DNA of 61,509 nt. Origin: Alphaproteobacteria bacterium UBA2903. GTDB taxonomy: Bacteria; Pseudomonadota; Alphaproteobacteria; CAAGCB01; CAG-977. Where the stretch lies: assembly GCA_002349565.1 (NCBI GenBank), contig DEDN01000007.1, forward strand, positions 1 to 61,509, in the 5' to 3' direction. The notes beneath the pieces are model-generated. The model saw only the letters and a list, made by a program, of their open reading frames with translations. It searched no databases and had not been told where the DNA came from. Shown here piece by piece: positions 48,097-58,694 of the stretch. Position 1 is the first letter of the stretch; every line of letters begins with the position of its first letter. A program made the position numbers and the translations under genes.

Positions 48097-48789
48097 ATGT
48101 CAATTTCAATCGGCGGCGTAGAGTCTTTTACAACGGTGGATTTTCCGCACAGACTCGCCGCCGTTTTGTTTTGCCGCGGCTGTCCGCTGCGGTGCCCGTA
48201 CTGCCACAATCCCGAATTGCAGATGTTCGCGGGCAAAGATTATATTTCTTGGGAAACTTTTATCGAGTTTTTGAAAACCCGTCAAAAGCTGCTGGACGGC
48301 GTTGTTTTTTCGGGCGGCGAACCGTTGGCGCAAGCCGAATTGCGTTCCGCGATGGAACAGGTCAAGTCAATGGGATTCGAGGTCGGACTGCACACGTCGG
48401 GGGTGAACCCTCAGCGGCTGGCGGAGGTTTTGCCGTTGATAACGTGGGTCGGATTCGATGTAAAAACGGATTTCGACAACTACGGGCGTATTCCGCTTGC
48501 CAACGGGAAAACGGCGGAAAAATGCCTTGATTTATGCTTGGAATCGGGTGTTGAACTGGAATGTCGCACGACGCTTGACCCGCGCGTGATTGAAAAGGAC
48601 GAACTGTTGCCCATGGCGGAAAAACTGGCGGCAAAAGGCGTTAAAACGTACGCCATGCAGGAATTTCGCCCGCATCCGAACGATAAAACCGCCCCTGCGT
48701 TGGAGCAAAGGACGGCTTTTTTCACGGATAAGAAAATGTTGGAACGTTTACGCGGCTTGTTTGACGAAGTCATCGTTCGCAGGGCGTAA
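48097..48789 (+). CDS. nrdG: Class III RNR activating radical SAM enzyme
   Basis: T.DFP, GCPLRCPYCHN and FSGGEP; start at ATG 48097. Confidence 0.9.
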   Translation: MSISIGGVESFTTVDFPHRLAAVLFCRGCPLRCPYCHNPELQMFAGKDYISWETFIEFLKTRQKLLDGVVFSGGEPLAQAELRSAMEQVKSMGFEVGLHTSGVNPQRLAEVLPLITWVGFDVKTDFDNYGRIPLANGKTAEKCLDLCLESGVELECRTTLDPRVIEKDELLPMAEKLAAKGVKTYAMQEFRPHPNDKTAPALEQRTAFFTDKKMLERLRGLFDEVIVRRA

Positions 48790-49044
48790 AGCGGGCTTTT
48801 TGTATTTGAAATACAAAATGAAATCGCACATCACCAGCATAAAGTTCGCAACATACAGCCAGAAAACAAAATCAAAGCTGTTCATCACTTTGTGCGTCAT
48901 GCCTGCGATATAGCCGATTAAAATCAGCGACAAAAACAGCAGGCTCTTACCTTCGACGTTTTTGGTCGTATAGGTTTTATAGACGGCGGCGGGCCAACTG
49001 GCGCCGAAACAAATCAACATAATCGCTTCAAAGATGCTCATCAA
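48748..49044 (-). CDS. Small three-TM membrane protein (PQ-loop/SemiSWEET-like)
   Basis: FEAIMLICFGASWP..K...TK...GKS..FL; AAGGAG RBS. Confidence 0.7.
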   Translation of the reverse strand: MMSIFEAIMLICFGASWPAAVYKTYTTKNVEGKSLLFLSLILIGYIAGMTHKVMNSFDFVFWLYVANFMLVMCDFILYFKYKKPALRPANDDFVKQAA

Positions 49045-49108
49045 CGGACTCCTTGGATAAAGTTACGGCGGCAGGATATATCCAAGCCGCCGCAAAGTAA
49101 AAGACTTT

Positions 49109-50134
49109 TTAACGACCTTGATTTTTGTTGTTCATCGCTTTCAGGGCGTTGTTGAGTTTCTGTTCGTCCTTGACCTGCTGCATTATCATATCGCAAGTGG
49201 TTTTTGTGCCGTCGGGGCGAACAACCGTGATTTGCGGCAATCCCAGCTTTTCGGGCGTGCGATTGTATTTCGCCATATACGGAATCAACGCTTTGGACAA
49301 TTTTTTCGCCTGTTCTTCGTTGATGAACAGTTTTTCGGGCGTTTCCAGTTTTTTGCCGTCCGTCATAAACGGTTTTTTGTCGTAATCGACGCACAGCTTG
49401 TCAACCATTTTCTGGGTCGATTTGTTGGTGGACAAATACTGCGGTTCCATTTCCTTTTGCTTTTTCAGAGCGCGGGCAATGTACGCCATGTATTTGACGT
49501 AAGTGTCGCCGTAGGAACGTTTGACTTTCAAATCGTACCATTTCAGCAAAGCCGATTCGCGGGCTTTTTCGGTGTCGCCCGTTTCATTGAACGTTTTTTC
49601 GAATTCGGTGCTCATCGGCGCATAGCCCGATTTCTGGTGCGCATCCCAGATTTTGGGATTCTTTTCACGCATTTCGTGGGCATACATGACTTCGGCGGCG
49701 CAAGCGTCGGCTTCAATCAAAAATCCGTTGACCAAGAACGAACGCGGATTCGATTTCGGATCGGTCGTTTTCATCTGCGAATCCTGCCAAGCGTGGCGGA
49801 CTTCGTGAACAAACGTGACGGCAAGGTCTTCATCCGACATTTTCGGGTTCAAAGCGACCAAGTTTTTATCGGGCGAAAAATAACCGTAGTATTTCATCGG
49901 CTCGAATATCATTTCGGAACCCTTTTGTTCCAGAAATTCCAGCGTTTGGCGTCCCGTCTTGCTTTCGGACAGCATTTTTTTCAGCCGTTCCATGCGTTCG
50001 GGGGACTGGTCGATTCGCGGACGTCTGAACAGTTTGCTCAAAGTCATCGTATTGTGATGCTGGGCGTTTTTCTGTCCGCTGGGGAAATGTTCGACGCTTC
50101 CCTGCGCCATAAATTCCTGATAACTGGCAACCAT
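49109..50134 (-). CDS. Putative zincin metallopeptidase
   Basis: FVHEVRHAWQ..IEADA; AAGGAG RBS; no signal peptide. Confidence 0.7.
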   Translation of the reverse strand: MVASYQEFMAQGSVEHFPSGQKNAQHHNTMTLSKLFRRPRIDQSPERMERLKKMLSESKTGRQTLEFLEQKGSEMIFEPMKYYGYFSPDKNLVALNPKMSDEDLAVTFVHEVRHAWQDSQMKTTDPKSNPRSFLVNGFLIEADACAAEVMYAHEMREKNPKIWDAHQKSGYAPMSTEFEKTFNETGDTEKARESALLKWYDLKVKRSYGDTYVKYMAYIARALKKQKEMEPQYLSTNKSTQKMVDKLCVDYDKKPFMTDGKKLETPEKLFINEEQAKKLSKALIPYMAKYNRTPEKLGLPQITVVRPDGTKTTCDMIMQQVKDEQKLNNALKAMNNKNQGR

Positions 50135-50223
50135 AAGAGTTTACTCCTTAAAAATCTTTAAGGAAAATATGGAACAATCAGTCGATTTTGTCAAGTTTTT
50201 TGTATAAAAAATCTGAAAAAACT

Positions 50224-51489
50224 TTATAAATAAAGCTCTTCGGGGGCGTAGCCCGTGGGGCTGCCGCCGACGACATGCAGATACAGCTGGTAGAGCTTGG
50301 CGGCTTTTTGCAAAGCAAAGGCGACCAGTTCGCGCTGTTCGGCAAAGCCTTGCTGCGGGTCGATAGTCGGCACGTTGATGCGGATGACTGCCGCCTTGCC
50401 GCTTTCCTTGAACGTCATATCGCTGTCCATAAAGCGCTGATAGGGGGCTTGAATCATCGCCAAAGATGTCATGGCGAACGTCAAATCCATAAAGCCCTGC
50501 GGCATTTTGTGAATGATTTTGACTTCGCGCGGGAACGCGTCGGGGGTCATTTCGACCCAAGCGGCTTCTTCGGCGCTGCCCGTCGGGCGCTGCATGCCCA
50601 AATCGGGGTATTTCTGGTTTGCGAAAGCCAAGCAATCCGTCCAGAACTGACCGACAATCGTGTCTTCGGCTTCGCGATAGCCCGCGGGCAGGTTGAACAC
50701 GCCGCCGGGGAACACGCGGAAATCGGACGCGGACGCTTTTTTCTTGGGCGCGGGCGGTTCGGGGGCGGGTTCTGCGATTGCCGCGGGGGAGGGCTGATAA
50801 ACGGGCTGCGGCATCGGCTGTTTCGTCATTGCCGCTTGCGGCTGTTTCAAAGCGGCGGGCTGCGGCGCGGATTGCGCGATCGGCGGAACGGTCGGCTGTG
50901 CGGCGGGGGCGCGGAAAGCGGGCTGCGGCTGACGGCGCTGACGGACAACGCCCGTTCCCTGTTCAATGGCTTTGCGCACCAGCTTGATTTTATAGGCGGC
51001 GCGTCCCTGTGTGGCGGAATTGGTCGGAACGGCTTTTTGTTTGAACCATTCCTCGATTTCCTCGTAGCTCAAATAACTGGAAAAGTATTCCGACGGTTCC
51101 AGACTGGAAAAATACGCCTGCGGGGAAAACAGGCAGGTCAGGTATTCGTCCCAGCCGCCTTCTTCGACGCCTTTTTCGCCAAATTCGAAGTAACGCTGCG
51201 CCTGCAGGTTTTGTTTGGGCTGGTCGATTTTGTTTTCAATCAAAATCGCGCATTTGCGCCCCGACACGTCGATAAACACGAACATGATATCGACCGAACC
51301 CAGCGGGTCGAGTGTAAAGGTGTGATACGCTCCGACAAATTCGCGAATCCGCCGCGTGTTGTTGTACAGCTTTGCCACCAGCCAGTTGCGGAACGGTTCG
51401 GAGGCGTGCATTTCCTCTATGACCAATAAATCCATATCCCGTTCGGCAAGCAGGGTGAAAGGTGTTTGTTGCGCAACGATGTTCAGCAT
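50224..51489 (-). CDS. PD-(D/E)XK nuclease-family protein with Pro/Gln-rich linker
   Basis: ERDMDLL..EE, DI, ILIENKI..Q..Q..RY. Confidence 0.7.
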   Translation of the reverse strand: MLNIVAQQTPFTLLAERDMDLLVIEEMHASEPFRNWLVAKLYNNTRRIREFVGAYHTFTLDPLGSVDIMFVFIDVSGRKCAILIENKIDQPKQNLQAQRYFEFGEKGVEEGGWDEYLTCLFSPQAYFSSLEPSEYFSSYLSYEEIEEWFKQKAVPTNSATQGRAAYKIKLVRKAIEQGTGVVRQRRQPQPAFRAPAAQPTVPPIAQSAPQPAALKQPQAAMTKQPMPQPVYQPSPAAIAEPAPEPPAPKKKASASDFRVFPGGVFNLPAGYREAEDTIVGQFWTDCLAFANQKYPDLGMQRPTGSAEEAAWVEMTPDAFPREVKIIHKMPQGFMDLTFAMTSLAMIQAPYQRFMDSDMTFKESGKAAVIRINVPTIDPQQGFAEQRELVAFALQKAAKLYQLYLHVVGGSPTGYAPEELYL

Positions 51490-51705
51490 GGGCGTACATC
51501 CCCCGAAAAAATTTTTTTACTTTCCTTTATACGCCGAAAAAAGTGACCGTCAAATTAACAAATCGTCCTTTTTGCGGAAAAATTTTCAAAAACTCCTCCG
51601 AACGCTTCCAAATGCCGCAAAACGGAGGGGATTCGAAAGGTCCTCTTGAAAAACCGCACGAGCAAACATAAATACGCGAAAGGTGTTTTTTAAGGAGTTT
51701 TGAAA

Positions 51706-52242
51706 ATGGTTGTTTTTGAAAACGGAAAAATCAAGATCGGAAAAAGTCTGCCGATTTTCGGCGTTTTGATGATTGTTGCAGGCGTATGGACATGGTGTCA
51801 TCCCGATGCCGTTCTGCTGGCAATGGCTTTGTATGTGGGAATCGTTTTTTTGGCGGGCGGCATCGGTTATGTGCATTCGTTTTTTCAAACCCGATCGGGG
51901 GCATGGCTGGCTTTGGGACTGCTGAATATTGTCATTGGATTGATTTTGATGACCAATTTGGGCATAACCGCGCTTTCCCTGCCGATCGTTCTGGCGGTGT
52001 GGGCTTTGGGCGTCGGCGTGATTCAAACGGCGTTCGCTCTTGAAATGAAAGACGCTGGCTTTACGTCATGGAAATGGACTTTGCTGAACGGCATTCTGGG
52101 CATCGTGTTCGGATTGCTGATTATGGCGCATCCGATTGTCGGCGCATTGACGATTTCCCTGATATTCGGCACATATTTGACGGTGTTCGGCGTGCTGAGT
52201 CTGGCGGAATATTTTACAATGAAAAAATTGACCGAACTTTAA
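51706..52242 (+). CDS. HdeD/DUF308 family membrane protein
   Basis: Repeated G...I..G hydrophobic units; AAGGAG RBS before ATG 51706. Confidence 0.8.
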   Translation: MVVFENGKIKIGKSLPIFGVLMIVAGVWTWCHPDAVLLAMALYVGIVFLAGGIGYVHSFFQTRSGAWLALGLLNIVIGLILMTNLGITALSLPIVLAVWALGVGVIQTAFALEMKDAGFTSWKWTLLNGILGIVFGLLIMAHPIVGALTISLIFGTYLTVFGVLSLAEYFTMKKLTEL

Positions 52243-52243
52243 A

Positions 52244-52275
52244 AAAAAGGGGCTTCGTTCAAGAAGCCCCTTTTT
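52244..52275. terminator. Bidirectional terminator
   Basis: AAAAAGGGGCTTC-N6-GAAGCCCCTTTTT between convergent genes. Confidence 0.8.
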
Positions 52276-52277
52276 CG

Positions 52278-54500
52278 TTATTCCGCGGCGTCGTTGCTGT
52301 TATCCGCCTGTTGTTCCTGTCCGTCCTGTTTGGGATGACGGCGGCGGTGGTTCGGATAACGGCGGCGGCGGGGTCTGTTTTGCTTTTCCCCTTCAGCCTG
52401 TTCAGCAGGCTGTTCGCCTTGCTCTTCGCGCGGTTCTTCCGCGGGCTGAGCCGATTCGGCGTTGTCGCTTTGCGGCTGTTCGCGATTTTCGTCGTTATTG
52501 AAGCGGTGCTTGCGTCCGAAACGGCGGTCGCGGCGCGGATAGCGGCGGCGTCTGCGGCCGTTGTTTTCACCGTCGGCGGTTTCGTCCTTTTCTTCGCGCT
52601 TCAAACCTTCCTCGAACATTTCATCGGCGTTGATGACGTCTTCGCCCGTATAGTCTTCCTCGGCAATGACGTCTTCCTTGATAATCGCGTCGTCCTGCGG
52701 GTCTTCGGGCTGTTCGGGCATTTCGACGACGGGACGGCGTTCGCGGCGACCGCGCCCGCGACGACCGCGGCGGTCTTTTTTATCCGCTTTTTCGGTTTGT
52801 TCTTCGGGCTGTTCGGCGGCTTCCTCCGCAACGGCGGCGGCGACGTCTTCCTCGCGCACGACGCGTTCCATGCGGTAATCCGTCGGGAAAACCAGCGAAG
52901 CGTCGGCTTCCAAAAAGATTTTGACGTTGTACATCGCTTCAATGGCGTTCAAGTCGCGACGCTTGTAGTTCAAAACATACAAAGCCGTTTCGGGCGGAAC
53001 CGTCATGTGCAGTTCGCTGAAACGCAGTTTCATGCTTTCTTCTTCCAACACATGGAGCGTGTGAATCGAAGCCGACTGCGTCGAACGGATCATGCCTTTG
53101 CCGCGGCAATGCGGGCAAACCGAATAGCTGGTTTCGATAAAGCTGGAATGCAGACGCTGACGCGACAGCTCCATCAGCCCGAATCCCGTGATGCGCCCCA
53201 TTTGAACGCGCGCGCGGTCGCGTTTCAACGCTTCTTTCATACGGCGTTCGATGGCGTGGTTGTTGCGGGCTTCCTCCATATCGATAAAGTCGATGACGAC
53301 CAGCCCCGCCATATCGCGCAAACGCAGCTGACGCGCGATTTCATCCGCGGCTTCAAGGTTGGTTTTCAGAGCGGTTTCCTCGATATTGCGTTCTTTGGTC
53401 GCGCGCCCCGAGTTCACGTCAATCGCCACCAAAGCTTCGGTCTGATCCATAACCAGATACGCGCCCGATTTCAGCTGAACGATGTTGCTGTGCAAAGCTT
53501 CCAGCTGGGCTTCGACCTGATAGCGGAAAAACAGGGGGATTGTTTCGTCCTTGTAAAGCTTGACTTTTTTGGCGTGGCTGGGGGTCAGCATTTTCATAAA
53601 ATCGCGCGCCATTTTGTATTCGGATTCGCCTTCGATAAGGATTTCCTCGATATCGCGCGTGTACATGTCGCGCAAGGCGCGCTTTATCAGATTGCCTTCC
53701 TCGTGAATCAAGGCGGGGGCGGACGATTCCATGGTCGTGTCGCGGATTTGCACCCACGTTTTAATCAAATAGTCGTAGTCGCGCTTGATTTCCAAGCTGG
53801 TGCGTTCCTTGCCCGCCGTGCGGACGATAACCGACATGCCCGTCGGCAAAGGCAGTTTCGACACGATGCCTTTCAGACGCTTTCTGTCCGCCGCGTTGGT
53901 GATTTTGCGCGAAACGCCGCCGCCGCGCGCGTTGTTCGGCATCAAAACGCAATACCGTCCCGCCAGCGACAAATACGTCGTCAAAGCCGCGCCTTTGTTG
54001 CCGCGTTCTTCCTTAATCACCTGCACCAGCAAAACTTGCCCGCGATGGATGACTTCCTGAATTTTGTATTTTTTGATTTGTTTGAAACGGCGCGCCGCCA
54101 TTTCGTCCGCTTCGTTTTCGCTGACGGTTTCGACGATGCGTTCGTCGGATTCGTCGTCTTCCGCCGATTCGGTTTCGGCATCGGCTTCCGTTTCGTGTTC
54201 GTCATCCTTGTCGTCCTCCAGCAGCGCTTCTTTCAAAGCTTCGCGGTCGGCGACGGGGATTTGGTAATAGTCGGGGTGGATTTCGTTGAACGCCAGAAAT
54301 CCGTGGCGGTTGCCGCCGTAATCGACGAAAGCGGCTTGCAGCGACGGTTCGACGCGCGCGACTTTTGCCAGATAGATGTTGCCTTTCAGCTGTTTTTTGG
54401 TCGAAGTTTCAATATCCAGCTCGTCAAGCTTCGTACCGTCCACGATAACGACCCGCGTTTCTTCGACATGGGTCGCGTCTATTAACATTCTTTTTGTCAT
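52278..54500 (-). CDS. rne: Ribonuclease E
   Basis: MLIDATH.EETRV, S1 domain with acidic insert, AIDVNSG, IDFIDM, CPHC.G.G and an Arg-rich/acidic tail. Confidence 0.95.
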   Translation of the reverse strand: MTKRMLIDATHVEETRVVIVDGTKLDELDIETSTKKQLKGNIYLAKVARVEPSLQAAFVDYGGNRHGFLAFNEIHPDYYQIPVADREALKEALLEDDKDDEHETEADAETESAEDDESDERIVETVSENEADEMAARRFKQIKKYKIQEVIHRGQVLLVQVIKEERGNKGAALTTYLSLAGRYCVLMPNNARGGGVSRKITNAADRKRLKGIVSKLPLPTGMSVIVRTAGKERTSLEIKRDYDYLIKTWVQIRDTTMESSAPALIHEEGNLIKRALRDMYTRDIEEILIEGESEYKMARDFMKMLTPSHAKKVKLYKDETIPLFFRYQVEAQLEALHSNIVQLKSGAYLVMDQTEALVAIDVNSGRATKERNIEETALKTNLEAADEIARQLRLRDMAGLVVIDFIDMEEARNNHAIERRMKEALKRDRARVQMGRITGFGLMELSRQRLHSSFIETSYSVCPHCRGKGMIRSTQSASIHTLHVLEEESMKLRFSELHMTVPPETALYVLNYKRRDLNAIEAMYNVKIFLEADASLVFPTDYRMERVVREEDVAAAVAEEAAEQPEEQTEKADKKDRRGRRGRGRRERRPVVEMPEQPEDPQDDAIIKEDVIAEEDYTGEDVINADEMFEEGLKREEKDETADGENNGRRRRRYPRRDRRFGRKHRFNNDENREQPQSDNAESAQPAEEPREEQGEQPAEQAEGEKQNRPRRRRYPNHRRRHPKQDGQEQQADNSNDAAE

Positions 54501-54841
54501 TAAAGTTGATTCTCCGAGCGTCGGCGTAAAGCATACCCGCCGACATGATGGGTGATAAACCGGTTGAACCGAGCGCAAAAAGCGGGGTAATCGTATTTTT
54601 CAAATTCGAATTTGAAAATCGACGCACTTTAAAAAATCCCTTCCGACACGCTTCGGTTTCCCGAAAAAACTGTTTAAAACGCTGCTTTTATCGTTTTTCG
54701 CCGTGCCAAACAGCCCTGTTGCCGCAGGAGGCGCAATAAAAAAAATTGACTTTCAGCATCGATAGAATAACCATCTCTTAACCAAAGAACAATCATATTT
54801 TGTTAGGGTATGCTAAATTTTTTGAAAAAACACGAATCGGC

Positions 54842-56041
54842 ATGACAGTTCGGATACAAAAATTGATGCGGATTTTCACCACGGGAGTCTTTGTTTTCCT
54901 GTGGTTTTGCGCGCCTTGCCAAGCGGGACGGACGACGGGCGTCCGATTCGGCAGCCAAGGCGATTCGTCGGCGCGCATCGTCATCGATTTGACCGAAAAA
55001 ACGAACTTTAAAATCTTTCCCCTGCAAAATCCGTCCCGCGTCGTCATCGATTTGCCCGACACGACGAACGGCGTTTCGGAAAAAAGCGTCGGCGATTTGC
55101 CCGCTTATTTGAAAAACGTGCGGTTCGGCAAAAACGGCAAAGCGGCGCGCATCGTTTTGGAAACGGCGCGGGAAACGGTCATCAAAAAATCGTTCGTCCT
55201 TGCCCCGCAAAGCGGTTTCAAGTGGCGGTTGGTCGTCGATTTGGAAATTCTGCGCGATCAGCCGTTAAAACAGGTTTCCGCCGAATGGTACGACAACTCC
55301 GTTTCGGAACAAAAGCCCGCGCGAAAGTTCGACGAACAGCCCAAAGTCAAACCGCTTATCGTGCTTGACCCCGGACACGGCGGCAAAGACCCCGGCGCAA
55401 TCGGCGTTTCGGGCGTGTACGAAAAGCATTTGACGCTTGCCGTGGTCAAACAGCTGCGCGCTTTGCTGGAAAAAACGGGACGCTACCGCGTCAAGCTGAC
55501 TCGTGAAACGGATATTTTCATCGCTTTGTACGCCAGACGGCGGTTCGCGCGGTCGGTCAACGCGGATTTGTTCATCTCGATTCACGCGGACAGCATCAAA
55601 AAACCGCAAACCCGCGGGCTGTCCGTTTACACCCTGTCCGAAAAAGCGTCAGACAAAGAGGCGGAAAAACTGGCGGAAAAGGAAAACAAGGTTGACTTGA
55701 TAGCGGGAATCGATTTATCAAACGAAACGCAGGAAGTAACAGACATTCTGATTGATTTGGCGCGGCGCGAAACCAACAACCGTTCGTCGTTTTTCGCCGA
55801 AAAGCTGATGGGTGAAATCCGCAAGGAAATCAAAGTGCTGCCCAATTCCCACAGGTTTGCGGGATTCGCGGTGCTGAAATCGCCCGACGTGCCGTCCGTT
55901 TTAATCGAAATGGGCTACCTTTCCAACGCGGAAGAGGAAAGACTGTTGCGTCAGGCGCCGTATCGTGAAAAACTGGCAAGAGCGGCAGTCCGCGCGATTG
56001 ACGATTACTTTGCCGAAAAACACAAAGCGAACTTTAATTAA
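54842..56041 (+). CDS. amiC: N-acetylmuramoyl-L-alanine amidase with AMIN domain
   Basis: P.RVVIDL (AMIN), LDPGHGG.DPGA, FISIHAD and PSVLIEMGYLSN. Start uncertain (54842 or 54866). Confidence 0.9.
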   Translation: MTVRIQKLMRIFTTGVFVFLWFCAPCQAGRTTGVRFGSQGDSSARIVIDLTEKTNFKIFPLQNPSRVVIDLPDTTNGVSEKSVGDLPAYLKNVRFGKNGKAARIVLETARETVIKKSFVLAPQSGFKWRLVVDLEILRDQPLKQVSAEWYDNSVSEQKPARKFDEQPKVKPLIVLDPGHGGKDPGAIGVSGVYEKHLTLAVVKQLRALLEKTGRYRVKLTRETDIFIALYARRRFARSVNADLFISIHADSIKKPQTRGLSVYTLSEKASDKEAEKLAEKENKVDLIAGIDLSNETQEVTDILIDLARRETNNRSSFFAEKLMGEIRKEIKVLPNSHRFAGFAVLKSPDVPSVLIEMGYLSNAEEERLLRQAPYREKLARAAVRAIDDYFAEKHKANFN

Positions 56042-56054
56042 AGGGTAATGCGAT

Positions 56055-58676
56055 ATGTCCAAGATTTTTTCAACTTTGCTCAGCTACGCCATGCTGATTG
56101 CGATTATGGGGCTTATCGCGCTGTTGCTGATTTTTTCCCATTACGGCAGAAGCGTTGACGATTATCGTCAGCTGGCAACGTACGAACCGCCGATTACCAG
56201 CCGCTTGTACGCCGCGGACGGCAAACTGCTGGCGGAATACGCGTCCGAAAAACGCGTCTTCGTCCCCTACGAAGCGATTCCGAAGCAGCTGATTCACGCC
56301 TTTATTTCCGCCGAAGACAAAAAGTTTTTCAGCCACGGCGGCGTCGACTTTATGGGCATCACCCGCGCGGTCTTTCAAAACATCCGCAACATCGGGCGCG
56401 GACGGCGCATGATCGGCGCGTCGACCATTACCCAGCAGGTCGCCAAAAACTTTCTGCTGACCAACGAAGCGTCTTTCGAACGCAAAATCAAGGAAGCCAT
56501 CCTTGCCATCCGCATCGAACGCGCGTTCACCAAAGAATATATTATGGAATTGTATTTGAACCAGATTTATCTGGGGCATTATTCCTACGGCGTCGCGGCG
56601 GCGGCGCTGAATTACTTTAACAAATCGCTGGACGAACTCACGATTGCCGAAGACGCTTTTCTGGCGGCTTTGCCCAAAGGTCCCAACAACTACGATCCCG
56701 ACAAACGCTATGACGAAGCCGTCGCCCGCCGCAACTGGGTCCTGTCCCGCATGGCGGAAGACGGCTATATCTCCGAAGAAGAAGCCGCGTCCGCCGCGCA
56801 GGAACCGATTACGCTCGCCAAACGCGCGCAAAGCGAAACGGCGTCGGACGGGGAATACTTTGCCGAAGAAATCCGCCGCGATTTGGTTTCAAAATACGGC
56901 GAAGACATTTTGTACAAAGGCGGATTGGCGGTCAGAACGACCCTTGACCCCGAAATGCAAAAGCACGCGTCGGACGCTTTGCGGCAGGGATTGCTGAACT
57001 ACGACCGCCGCCACGGGTTCCGCGCGCCGATTGCGCACATCGATTTGGATGCGATTCCCGATCCCGAACCCGTTGAACAGCCCGCGGCAGAGGAAACTTT
57101 GACGGATGAAACCGCGGCGGACGAAACGGAAAGCGCGGAATCGGACTTTGCCGAAGAAATCCCGCAGCCCGATCCGAAATGGCTGGAACCGCTGAAAGCC
57201 GTTCCCGCGGCGTCCTACGTTCCCGAAACATGGAAAACGGCGATTGTGACGAATGTCACCGACGAAGCCGCCGAAATCGGGCTGACCGACAAAACGACGG
57301 GGACGATTCCTTTGGCGGAACTGAAATGGGCGCGCAAAAACCTGCCCGACCAGACATTGGGCCCCGAAATCAATGCGCCATCTGAAGTGCTGACCGCGGG
57401 CGACGTGGTTTGGGTCGAACCCGTCAAATTCGGCGCAAAGCGTGTGCCGTATCCCGAAAACACCTATACTTTGCGCCAAATCCCCGAAGTTGAAGGCGCG
57501 ATGGTTGTTCTTGACCCGCATACGGGGCGCGTTCTGGCAATGGCCGGCGGTTTTTCGTTCAAGCGGTCACAGTTCAACCGCGCGGTGCAAGCGAAACGTC
57601 AGCCGGGGTCAAGCTTCAAGCCGTTTGTGTATCTGGCGGCTTTGGACAAAGGATTTACGCCGTCGACGTTGGTTTTGGACGCGCCGTTCGTCATGGAGCA
57701 GGGCAACGGCATGGGAAAATGGAAGCCCAAAAATGTTTCCAAACGGTTTTACGGACCGACCACTTTGCGCATGGGAATCGAAAAATCCCGCAACCTGATT
57801 ACGATTCGTCTGGCGCGCGCAATCGGTATCGACACGGTGGTCGAATACGCCAAAAAATTCGGCATTTCGGACGATTTGCCGCCGCAGATGTCCGTCGCCA
57901 TCGGATCGGGCGAAACAACGGTTTTGCGGCTGGCGACGGCATACGGCATGCTGGTCAACGGGGGCAAAAAAATCGAACCCGTCTTAATCGACCGTATTCA
58001 AGACAGAACGGGCGCGACGGTGTATAATTCGGACACTCGCCCGTGCGAAAATTGCCGCGACGCAATGTGGGACGGACAGCCCGCTCCGAAAATCCCCGAT
58101 ATTCGCGAACAAATCGAAGACCCGCGCAGCGCATACCAAATCATCAATATCATGACGGGGGTTTTGGCTCCGGGGGGCAGCGCGTCGAATTTACGCCGCT
58201 TGGGACGAACATTCGCGGCGAAAACGGGAACGTCGAACAATTCTTTGGACGCTTGGTTTGTGGGTGTAACGCCCGATCTTGTCATGGCGGTGTTTGTCGG
58301 TTTTGACGATCCGCGCACACTGGGCAAGCACGATTTGGGCGGTTCGGTCGCGTCGCCGATATTCAAACAGTTCGTTGACACGGCGTTAAAGGACGAACCC
58401 CGTATTCCGTTCCGTGTTCCCGCGGGTATCCGCTTTGTTCGCGTCAACCACAAAACAGGAAAACCCGCTTCGCCCAAAGACCGCGATGTCGTGTTGGAAG
58501 CTTTTAAAATCGGCGAAGACTGGCAGGGCAAAATCAAAGGTACTTTGGACGGTTCGGATGAAGAAAACGAACAAATCGACGACGACAAGGCCGATAAGAC
58601 GGAGCAAATGCACAACCGCATGCGCCAGACCGAAGAAATCGAGGACAATATGCCCGATATCGGCAGCGTATTTTAA
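56055..58676 (+). CDS. mrcA: Penicillin-binding protein 1A
   Basis: EDKKF..H.G, GASTITQQ and RK.KE (transglycosylase); SSFK, SRN and KTGT (transpeptidase). Confidence 0.93.
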   Translation: MSKIFSTLLSYAMLIAIMGLIALLLIFSHYGRSVDDYRQLATYEPPITSRLYAADGKLLAEYASEKRVFVPYEAIPKQLIHAFISAEDKKFFSHGGVDFMGITRAVFQNIRNIGRGRRMIGASTITQQVAKNFLLTNEASFERKIKEAILAIRIERAFTKEYIMELYLNQIYLGHYSYGVAAAALNYFNKSLDELTIAEDAFLAALPKGPNNYDPDKRYDEAVARRNWVLSRMAEDGYISEEEAASAAQEPITLAKRAQSETASDGEYFAEEIRRDLVSKYGEDILYKGGLAVRTTLDPEMQKHASDALRQGLLNYDRRHGFRAPIAHIDLDAIPDPEPVEQPAAEETLTDETAADETESAESDFAEEIPQPDPKWLEPLKAVPAASYVPETWKTAIVTNVTDEAAEIGLTDKTTGTIPLAELKWARKNLPDQTLGPEINAPSEVLTAGDVVWVEPVKFGAKRVPYPENTYTLRQIPEVEGAMVVLDPHTGRVLAMAGGFSFKRSQFNRAVQAKRQPGSSFKPFVYLAALDKGFTPSTLVLDAPFVMEQGNGMGKWKPKNVSKRFYGPTTLRMGIEKSRNLITIRLARAIGIDTVVEYAKKFGISDDLPPQMSVAIGSGETTVLRLATAYGMLVNGGKKIEPVLIDRIQDRTGATVYNSDTRPCENCRDAMWDGQPAPKIPDIREQIEDPRSAYQIINIMTGVLAPGGSASNLRRLGRTFAAKTGTSNNSLDAWFVGVTPDLVMAVFVGFDDPRTLGKHDLGGSVASPIFKQFVDTALKDEPRIPFRVPAGIRFVRVNHKTGKPASPKDRDVVLEAFKIGEDWQGKIKGTLDGSDEENEQIDDDKADKTEQMHNRMRQTEEIEDNMPDIGSVF

Positions 58677-58694
58677 CGAAAGGAGTTCTCTTAA

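Noticed and set aside
54501-54790. Riboswitch or sRNA upstream of rne
   Set aside because: A long rne 5' UTR is expected, but I could not recognise a specific RNA family; an Rfam scan is needed.
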